Positions 25,817 to 32,000 of a stretch of DNA of 32,000 nt are shown in pieces. Under the pieces are notes generated by a model that had not been told where the DNA came from, ran no database searches, and was given only the letters and a program-made list of their open reading frames with translations. This DNA comes from Candidatus Saccharimonadota bacterium (GTDB taxonomy: Archaea; Nanohalarchaeota; Nanosalinia; Nanosalinales; Nanosalinaceae): contig NZ_CP107255.1 of assembly GCF_029232205.1 (NCBI RefSeq), positions 810,001 through 842,000 on the forward strand, read 5' to 3'. How positions within the stretch are numbered: the first letter of the stretch is position 1; each line of letters opens with the position of its first letter. A program made the position numbers and the translations under genes.

Positions 25817-26197
25817 TCAACTAAAAATTAGACCAAGTAGTATTTCTTCAATAACTGAGTACTTATGTAGTAGAACTAATAAGGCAGCTACGACGAAACT
25901 AATAGCCATGAGAGTTCCTGCCGTCCTATCTAACCTCTGATCTTCCTCAACCTCAGCCCAGGCAATAATCTTAGCAAATATATAGAGGAACGACATAGGA
26001 AAGAGTCCGATAAATACAGAGATAAGAACTTTATCAAATATCCCATAAGACATCAAAGCAGAGTCCTGAGTGTAAAACAAAATAGAATATCCCAGTAAGA
26101 AGCTAGAAATTATTTTAGGCCAAATATCTTCTGCTAAGAGCCTATCAACCTCCAACTTTAAGTCTTCCCGCCAAGACATCAATTTACCTTTTACCAC
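25817..26197 (-). CDS. Hypothetical small membrane protein (126 aa, about 4 TM helices)
   Basis: ORF with hydrophobic segments and no recognisable motifs. Confidence 0.45.
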   Translation of the reverse strand: MVKGKLMSWREDLKLEVDRLLAEDIWPKIISSFLLGYSILFYTQDSALMSYGIFDKVLISVFIGLFPMSFLYIFAKIIAWAEVEEDQRLDRTAGTLMAISFVVAALLVLLHKYSVIEEILLGLIFS

Positions 26198-26279
26198 GAA
26201 TGCTTTTGTTTTTGACGATCACCCAGCAATAATGGCAAACTTCAAGAAAAACAAGTTGACTTCGTCAAAACCCTAACTG

Positions 26280-26792
26280 TTACCTATAGCTTCTGGCCTT
26301 CTCCATTTTAGGCCTTGCGTGCATTGTGCAGTATGCATCATTTGGATTTTTCTCAAAATAATCTTGATGTTTTTCTTCGGCCTTCCAGAATTTCTCCAAC
26401 TCTTTTACCTCGGTAACTATCTGATCTTCGTATTCAGGCCTTTTCTCTTCGATAAAGTCCTCCACTATTCTTCTCTGTTCCTCAGAATCATAGAGTATTA
26501 TTGATCTGTACTGGCTTCCGACGTCGGGGCCTTCTCTGTCTTCTGTTGTTGGGTCGTGGATTCTGAAGAAGAATTCGAGAATCTTTTCTAGAGAGATTTT
26601 TTGTTCGTTGTATTCTACTTTGATGACTTCTGCGTGGCCTGTTTTTCCTGTGCATACTTGTCTATAGGAAGGGTTTTCTGTGTGGCCTCCTGCGTATCCC
26701 GAAGTTACTTTTTCTACTCCTTTGAGTTCTTTGAATGCGGCTTCTGTGCACCAGAAGCATCCTCCGCCAAGCACCACTGTTTCCATAACCAT
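26280..26792 (-). CDS. msrA: Peptide methionine (S)-sulfoxide reductase MsrA
   Basis: 170 aa with GGGCFWCTEAAF, YAGGHTENPSYRQVCTGKTGHAEV and HDPTT. Confidence 0.92.
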   Translation of the reverse strand: MVMETVVLGGGCFWCTEAAFKELKGVEKVTSGYAGGHTENPSYRQVCTGKTGHAEVIKVEYNEQKISLEKILEFFFRIHDPTTEDREGPDVGSQYRSIILYDSEEQRRIVEDFIEEKRPEYEDQIVTEVKELEKFWKAEEKHQDYFEKNPNDAYCTMHARPKMEKARSYR

Positions 26793-26809
26793 ATTTTAGG
26801 CCCTGAATT

Positions 26810-27127
26810 TTAGATCAGTTCCTCTACTTCGACGTGACCTTCTAGAATAAGCCGGCAGTATTCGTGGGCCTCTGCTAGGTCATCGAACTCTCCGTGTTCA
26901 AGTACTGTGCTTGGGCCTAGTCTGCCTTCCCTGTACTGTACGGTGTAGTCGGCTTCTGTGTCTCTGTAGTCTGGTGTTTCCTGTATGTATAGTTCTGAGT
27001 AGTCGTCGGCTATTCTCCGGGTTTCTTTTCCGGCCCGTGTCAGCATTCCGAACTCCCAGCCTCGATCACTGTATTCAGGTTCAAGGTTTTCAGTTGTTGA
27101 AGAAGTTTGTTTTTCGGTTGTAGACAT
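26810..27127 (-). CDS. Hypothetical acidic protein (105 aa)
   Basis: ORF preceded, in mRNA sense, by GGAGG about 9 nt upstream of the ATG and by a TTAAAAAT element about 43 nt upstream. I recognise no family. Confidence 0.4.
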   Translation of the reverse strand: MSTTEKQTSSTTENLEPEYSDRGWEFGMLTRAGKETRRIADDYSELYIQETPDYRDTEADYTVQYREGRLGPSTVLEHGEFDDLAEAHEYCRLILEGHVEVEELI

Positions 27128-27254
27128 TCTGTGCCCCTCCTTTTCGATACTTCGTGGAGGCCGATTTTTAAGCTTCCCGAAAGCTTTTGTAGACCTGCAA
27201 TAAATTACTGGTTAGATATTCCAATTGCCAAAAAATAATTTCTGAGATGATAAC

Positions 27255-27731
27255 ATGGATCCTACCACTATACTGGTTTTAGGCCTTTTGATCGCTGGCG
27301 TAGTTGGCAGTATTCTCCCTATGATGCCAGGTGCTCTTTTCTCGCTGGCAGCGGTCCTGATCTACTTTTTCCAATCGCCGGACCCAAGTATCTTGTTTGT
27401 GATCTTCGGTGCACTGACTTCTGTCTTTGCGCTGGCTGTTGACTGGTTTGCAGGAGCAGTTGCAGCAAATTACGGTGGGGCCTCTAAGAAGACCAGTATG
27501 GCAGCAGCTGTCACAGGTTTCCTTGGTTTCATCTTTCTTGGAGGGCCTGTAGGCCTGGCTTTCGCAGTCTCGCTTACAGTGTTTTTCAGGGAGTACCTGA
27601 TTCATGGCGATCAGGAGGACGGTGCAAAGGCCGCTCTCTACGCGACTATCGGAGTTATGGGATCTGCAATTATTCAGGGCATGTTGACTGGCTCAGTTCT
27701 ACTTGCGTATCTTGTAGCATACCTGATCTAA
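27255..27731 (+). CDS. DUF456-like small membrane protein
   Basis: 158 aa with four hydrophobic segments. The N-terminal GSILPMMPGALFSLAAVLIYFF resembles the DUF456 signature. The assignment is tentative. Confidence 0.5.
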   Translation: MDPTTILVLGLLIAGVVGSILPMMPGALFSLAAVLIYFFQSPDPSILFVIFGALTSVFALAVDWFAGAVAANYGGASKKTSMAAAVTGFLGFIFLGGPVGLAFAVSLTVFFREYLIHGDQEDGAKAALYATIGVMGSAIIQGMLTGSVLLAYLVAYLI

Positions 27732-27735
27732 AAAC

Positions 27736-27743
27736 GTATAACA
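27736..27743 (+). promoter_or_regulatory. TATA-like box (GTATAACA) for the NUDIX gene
   Basis: Centred about 26 nt upstream of the ATG at 27766. Confidence 0.35.
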
Positions 27744-27765
27744 TTGCCTCACAGAAACAGTTAGT

Positions 27766-28257
27766 ATGAATATTTCCAGGAAGGAGTTCAGAGAAGAGGC
27801 CACGGAGGCAACCCTCTGCTTCATCATTCAAGATGGAGAGACACTTCTGATCGAGAAGAAGAGAGGAGTTGGCGAAGGCCTGTTCAACGGTCCTGGAGGG
27901 AAAATCGAGGATAAAGAATCTCCGAAGGAAGCAGCTATCAGGGAGACAGTTGAGGAAACAAGAGTAAGGCCTGAAGAAGTTGAGAAAATTGGAGAGCTTG
28001 AGTTCGTGTTCGGAGATCAACCTTTCATGTTTGTACATGTTTTCAGGGCAGAAGGATTTTCAGGCGATCCCGAGGAAACAGAAGAGGCCCGTCCAGAATG
28101 GTTTAATACTGGAGATCTGCCCTTTGATGAGATGTGGCCCGATGATCGCTACTGGATTCCAAAGATGCTGGCAGAAGAAAAGTTTTTAGCCAGATTTCTG
28201 TTTGATGAAGATGGAGAAGAAATATTGGCCCACGAATTTGAAGAACCAAAATTTTGA
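27766..28257 (+). CDS. NUDIX hydrolase, MTH1/NUDT1-like (oxidised purine nucleoside triphosphatase)
   Basis: 163 aa with the Nudix box GPGGKIEDKESPKEAAIRETVEETRV. It is colinear with my recollection of human MTH1, including FVHVF, RPEWF and LPFDEMWPDDRYWIPKML. Confidence 0.8.
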   Translation: MNISRKEFREEATEATLCFIIQDGETLLIEKKRGVGEGLFNGPGGKIEDKESPKEAAIRETVEETRVRPEEVEKIGELEFVFGDQPFMFVHVFRAEGFSGDPEETEEARPEWFNTGDLPFDEMWPDDRYWIPKMLAEEKFLARFLFDEDGEEILAHEFEEPKF

Positions 28258-28259
28258 CT

Positions 28260-28871
28260 CTATTTCCAGCTAAGATCTAATTCCGTGTATTGCGAATCAA
28301 GATCTACAGTTCTATGACCCATCTCATCCCAGTCAGGAAATTTCCTCTTGTAAGATTCTGGCAGGTCTTCAAATCTATCAAGGTAATCAGCAGCTATTTC
28401 ATCAACTCTATCCACCATTCCCGAGACATTAGCAGGAGTCTTACCTCTCACACCATCATTTTCTACTTCCTCTGTAAGACAAAGCTCTCCTGAAGCATCG
28501 GCGATCCCATACCAGCGTCTAGTTTTGTGGGATTGGTTGTGTCTCCTCATTGCAGAGTCATAGAGTTCAGAGACAAAGTGATCAACTATCATAGTATCAG
28601 AATCCAAATCATTTTCTGCAGCCTCTTCCAAAGCATCAACATACTTAACACAATCAGCTGTAAGCCCTGCATAATGACTGAAAGCCTCAACAAATTGCTG
28701 GCCATCCTCTTCTAAATTCCTATAATTCCTGAACATTACCTCCATAAATCCATAAATATCTTCCAAAGAATCAGCGAAACCTTCATCAGAAACAGAATCG
28801 GGTTCAATAGAATGAATACTTCTCAAATTTTCAGGAAGAGTATCTTGACTGTTCCCTGGCGTCGTACTCAT
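28260..28871 (-). CDS. Hypothetical acidic protein (203 aa)
   Basis: Long clean ORF with native-looking composition. I recognise no family. Confidence 0.45.
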   Translation of the reverse strand: MSTTPGNSQDTLPENLRSIHSIEPDSVSDEGFADSLEDIYGFMEVMFRNYRNLEEDGQQFVEAFSHYAGLTADCVKYVDALEEAAENDLDSDTMIVDHFVSELYDSAMRRHNQSHKTRRWYGIADASGELCLTEEVENDGVRGKTPANVSGMVDRVDEIAADYLDRFEDLPESYKRKFPDWDEMGHRTVDLDSQYTELDLSWK

Positions 28872-29097
28872 AATATACTATAGGTCCTAAAATTTGAAAT
28901 AATCCCAGGTTCCTTTAGCTTAATTCGCAAAAACCCAGATCATCGCGAAAGACTTTTCTACGACAGAGAAAACGGCAATCTCTATGTTGATAATTTAGAA
29001 GGCGAGTAGAACTTCTGAATGTGGAAAAACCTGGTGCGATGCTTGATAAGGCTGCTAACGAGAGTCTGAAATTAGAAGAATTTAGGGAGAGACTAAC

Positions 29098-31104
29098 CTA
29101 GCCTTTTAGAGAAACAGGAAAACCAACAACCCTGGTCTCATACTCTCCTCCCTCTCCAGCAGCATTGAACCTGTACTCATCGGCCAGATCCAGCAATTCT
29201 TCTATATTTTCTTCATCAAGAACTTCTCCTTCCCACTCCTCAGTAAGGCCTCGTGCCGCAACAGAAGTAATTTCAACTTTGAAACCTTCACGAATCAGCC
29301 ACTTCATATACCGGGCCTGGTCCTCCTGCCAGAGCGGAGTAAACACTTTCAGGCCTACCCTATCAGCTAGTTTATCTACTCTATCTCTCTGGTACGTCGA
29401 AGCCAGTGCTCCAGCAACTACTCCTTCAACATTGTACTCTTCACGGGCTTTTTCTAGGCCTTTCCGCAGATCCTCCAGTTCAACCTCTTTCTCACCTTCA
29501 GTCTCCTGAACAAGCAACGGAATTCCAAGTTTCTCCGACTGCTCGTCTAAATGGCCGCGAGACTTCTTCGAGTCAAACATGTAGCTGTCCTTATTCTCCG
29601 ACCTCAAAGTCAGAAGACATGAAATTTTATTATTCCTGCGCTGAATTCTGTAAAGCGCGGCGTTGGAGTCTTTACCACCAGAAGTCAGGGCCACAACCCT
29701 GTTATTTGGTTTTCGTTGAAGATCAGAGATCTTCTGCGATCCAGAAAATCCTCGATTTTCGGATTCGCGTAGAGAATTAAGGTATTCCTGTTTGTGATCA
29801 AATCCTTTGTCGCGTGAAAGCCTGTCGATCGCCTTATCAAAATTGCTGCCGTACTGGGCCGCAGTCTTACCTCTCCACGCCACCTTCTCCGGCACGCCCA
29901 GTTTTTCAGCGGCCTTCCGCAACACATACTTCCTGTAATCATCTTTCACCTTGTACTCTTCCGGGATCGTCAATGCATGTTCAATCAAGTCGTGATCAAG
30001 GAATGGAAGCCTGAGCTCTCGGCCATTACGGAAACTGATAACGTTATCACGGTAGAGATCTCTTTCAAATATCCCTCGAAGGCCTGAAAGACACTCCTTA
30101 TTCAGATATCCTTGCTGACGGTGATAGCCAGCGTAAAGCTGCTCGCTACCTAGGCCAGAAAACACGACTTGCTCGTTATCCTGATTCTTCTGCAATGCAA
30201 AGTGGAAAGGCAGGGCCACACCGTTCTTGACTACGGAGGTAGATGAAATCCAGTCAACGATTTCAGGCAAAACCTCTTCCACTTCTTCAAGACTGGCTTC
30301 GTAGGCCTCAAGTTCGATATCCATTTCCTCGGCAATTTCCTGGGCCCAGTCCATGTCACGCGGCGCATTAACATTTCCATGTTGAATGCCTGCAGTATAA
30401 GCGGTGAAACCCTTATCAAGTTCTTGCAGAGCCGCAGCAATAAGAGTAGAATCGACACCACCAGAGAACAGAAGGCCTACATCTCCTTCAGGAACCCTCT
30501 TCTTCACGGCCCCTAGGAACTTCTCCTTTATCTCTTCAGCAGCTTGATCAATCTCTATGGCCTCTTTCACATCTATTTCAAAGAATTCTCTCTGCTGGAA
30601 AGAAACTTCATCTTCCTCAATATCATATCTAAGTATTCTGCGAGGATGTAGTTCTCGACACTCCAAACCTTCTTTTTCCAAGGCCTGTCTCTCCGATGCA
30701 AAAACAAACTCTTCATCAGAGTACCAGACAGGATTGACTCCGAGAACATCTCTTGCAATTATAATTTCACCATCTTTCAGGTATGCAAATGCGTAGATGC
30801 CGTCAACCTCTTCAAGGCCTTCCACACCTTTCTCATCAAGCAGCTTAAGGAGTGTTTCAGCATCGTTTTCTGTCTCCCAGCCGTATTTTTCGTTCAACTC
30901 TTTCCAGTTGTATATTTCGCAGTTAGCGGAGAGAAGGCCTTTATCCTCGATAGGTTGGGAAAGTTCTCCAACTACTGAGTGAAGGTAGTGGCCTATAGCA
31001 AAGTTTTCTATTTCAACTGTTTCACAGGAGCTGCCTCTGTGACTTAGATGCTGATTCAGGGCCTTTACTGTTTCCCTGTTTTTTGCTCCTGTTATTCCGC
31101 ACAT
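29098..31104 (-). CDS. Fusion protein: class-II glutamine amidotransferase + asparagine-synthetase-like PP-loop domain + C-terminal Dph6/MJ0570-like (diphthine-ammonia ligase family) PP-loop ATPase
   Basis: 668 aa. The N-terminus has MCGI (Cys2 nucleophile), NCEIYN, DGIYAFAY and ARDVLGVNPVWY. The middle has LLFSGGVDST. The last ~215 aa carry VVALTSGGKDSNAALY, VEGVVAGALASTYQRDRVDKL, VFTPLWQ and GEGGEYETRVV, typical of the MJ0570/Dph6 family. Confidence 0.8.
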   Translation of the reverse strand: MCGITGAKNRETVKALNQHLSHRGSSCETVEIENFAIGHYLHSVVGELSQPIEDKGLLSANCEIYNWKELNEKYGWETENDAETLLKLLDEKGVEGLEEVDGIYAFAYLKDGEIIIARDVLGVNPVWYSDEEFVFASERQALEKEGLECRELHPRRILRYDIEEDEVSFQQREFFEIDVKEAIEIDQAAEEIKEKFLGAVKKRVPEGDVGLLFSGGVDSTLIAAALQELDKGFTAYTAGIQHGNVNAPRDMDWAQEIAEEMDIELEAYEASLEEVEEVLPEIVDWISSTSVVKNGVALPFHFALQKNQDNEQVVFSGLGSEQLYAGYHRQQGYLNKECLSGLRGIFERDLYRDNVISFRNGRELRLPFLDHDLIEHALTIPEEYKVKDDYRKYVLRKAAEKLGVPEKVAWRGKTAAQYGSNFDKAIDRLSRDKGFDHKQEYLNSLRESENRGFSGSQKISDLQRKPNNRVVALTSGGKDSNAALYRIQRRNNKISCLLTLRSENKDSYMFDSKKSRGHLDEQSEKLGIPLLVQETEGEKEVELEDLRKGLEKAREEYNVEGVVAGALASTYQRDRVDKLADRVGLKVFTPLWQEDQARYMKWLIREGFKVEITSVAARGLTEEWEGEVLDEENIEELLDLADEYRFNAAGEGGEYETRVVGFPVSLKG

Positions 31105-31178
31105 ACTATCTTGGTTGCAGGTGAAGACTTTTGAGTCTGTAACAGAACCACTAAGTCAGAAATTTACCAGTAACAGCA

Positions 31179-31186
31179 TTTTTATG
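31179..31186 (+). promoter_or_regulatory. TATA-like box (TTTTTATG) for the 31210 gene
   Basis: Centred about 27 nt upstream of the ATG at 31210. Confidence 0.35.
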
Positions 31187-31209
31187 ATTTCAAGTTGTAA
31201 AACTGGCTC

Positions 31210-31578
31210 ATGAGCAAAATAAGGGATAGACTGGGCGACAGACTTGAGCCTGGAAACAGTTCAGGCATGGAACTGAACGAGGAAAAACTACTGGAAGAAG
31301 ATACCACACCAGATAGAGAAAACACAGTAAGCTACCCAATACACTATTCCGAAGGTGCCGAAGGAGATTACGTAACTTTAAACTTCTCAGATCCTGTAGG
31401 CAAAAAGACTCTAATCCCCGACTATACAGCAACCCGCGTATCAAACTCTGATTCAACGGAAGTCTGGAGCGTCGGAGCTGAAGAAGGAACAGTCGAAGTA
31501 GAAGTAGATTCAAACATCAAATCGAAAGATAAACTCGCCAATGCATTGAAAACAGCATACGACGAGGCAATAAGATAG
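31210..31578 (+). CDS. Hypothetical acidic protein (122 aa)
   Basis: Clean ORF with a promoter-like element at the expected distance. I recognise no family. Confidence 0.4.
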   Translation: MSKIRDRLGDRLEPGNSSGMELNEEKLLEEDTTPDRENTVSYPIHYSEGAEGDYVTLNFSDPVGKKTLIPDYTATRVSNSDSTEVWSVGAEEGTVEVEVDSNIKSKDKLANALKTAYDEAIR

Positions 31579-31581
31579 AAA

Positions 31582-32000
31582 CTAGTCGGTGCTGTAGTCA
31601 GCAGAGAAGTCGGAAAGGCCTTTCTGCGAGTTATCTATTGCATCGTATGAGTTAATGACGTCAGCCATTTCAACCTCTACGAACTCGAGCTCGCGGTCCT
31701 CAAGGTAGTCCAGAACTTTATCCGTCATCTTCGGCGCGACAAGAATTCCTCGGATAGTTCCCTGGAACTCTTCATCGATCTCATCCACATACCGCTGAAG
31801 CTGCAGAACAGTGTTGTAATCCGGATTCCTCTTCACCTCTATAACCACATAGTTATTTTCTTCATCACGGGCGAACACATCGATAAATCCTGCAGGAGTT
31901 TCTCTTTCACGTTCAATAACTTTGAGGCCCTCCTCCACTATTTCAGGCTCCTCTTCAATCGACTCATGTATATCTACTTCGTGGCCGGCGATCTTGAGCT
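31582..32000 (-). CDS. nucS: NucS/EndoMS-like endonuclease, 5'-truncated by the window edge
   Basis: The RecB-like nuclease core is present (GFIDVFARDEENNYVVIEVKRNPDYNTVLQLQRYV...GILVAPKMTDKV). The frame stays open upstream of the ORF-track GTG (31938) to position 32000 (..LKIAGHEVDIHESIEEEPEIVEEGLKV..). Confidence 0.7.
   Translation of the reverse strand, partial: LKIAGHEVDIHESIEEEPEIVEEGLKVIERERETPAGFIDVFARDEENNYVVIEVKRNPDYNTVLQLQRYVDEIDEEFQGTIRGILVAPKMTDKVLDYLEDRELEFVEVEMADVINSYDAIDNSQKGLSDFSADYSTD

Noticed and set aside
25635-25820. 61-aa minus-strand ORF
   Set aside because: It is antisense to, and fully overlaps, the well-folded tRNA-Lys. It is a spurious ORF.
28872-29097. Longest non-coding spacer (226 nt); considered as a C/D-box sRNA, other ncRNA or gene remnant
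   Set aside because: CTGA elements are present (about 29014 and 29065), but there is no canonical RUGAUGA C box, no convincing stem structure and no ORF over 16 codons. The spacer is adequately explained as the 3' region of the AsnB-Dph6 gene, with T-runs on the minus strand, plus the promoter of the 28871 gene.
25740-29097. tRNA-Lys-adjacent run of small genes as an integrated element or genomic island
   Set aside because: There is no integrase, no direct repeat of the tRNA 3' end and no obvious compositional break. AGGCCT density is similar to the rest of the window.
1-32000. Search for CRISPR arrays, rRNA genes, IS elements, transposases and long direct repeats
   Set aside because: I saw none. 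The only repeated coding material is paralogous genes (two Kef, the ATP-grasp genes) and the internal LamG repeats of the 951-aa protein.

Overview
The window is a compact, almost fully coding stretch of an archaeal chromosome. Many genes have 1-23 nt overlaps or gaps under 10 nt. Archaeal information-processing markers are unmistakable: aIF2-gamma, Rpo7/RpoE', Spt4/RpoE'', ribosomal proteins S6e, S24e, S27ae, S15 and S3Ae, Kae1, Bud32, TsaC/Sua5, a RecJ/GAN-like protein, NucS and one tRNA-Lys(CUU). Predicted proteins are strongly acidic, and there are several K+ and cation systems (TrkAH, two tandem Kef-type antiporters, an MscS-like channel). Together with spot-checked G+C of about 43-46%, a large secreted multi-lectin protein and a secreted nuclease, this fits a small-genome halophilic archaeon. 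A Nanohaloarchaeota/DPANN-like organism is my guess and is not verifiable here. I found no rRNA, CRISPR array, transposase or integrase. The best candidate for an undescribed system is a translationally coupled five-gene cassette at 4334-9515. It contains an MscS-like channel fused to a C39/papain-like cysteine peptidase, three ATP-grasp (RimK/YheC-like) ligases (one apparently degenerate) and a GCS2/YbdK-type carboxylate-amine ligase. The cassette appears inserted into an otherwise conserved archaeal gene string. Other notable points:
- AGGCCT is over-represented about 13-fold across the whole window, in all reading frames and in spacers.
- A 50-aa lysine-rich ORF, absent from the ORF track, is coupled to trkA.
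- One polypeptide fuses an AsnB-like amidotransferase to a Dph6-like domain.
- A palindromic TATA box sits equidistant between two divergent start codons.
- The second Kef gene has a likely mis-placed or non-canonical start.
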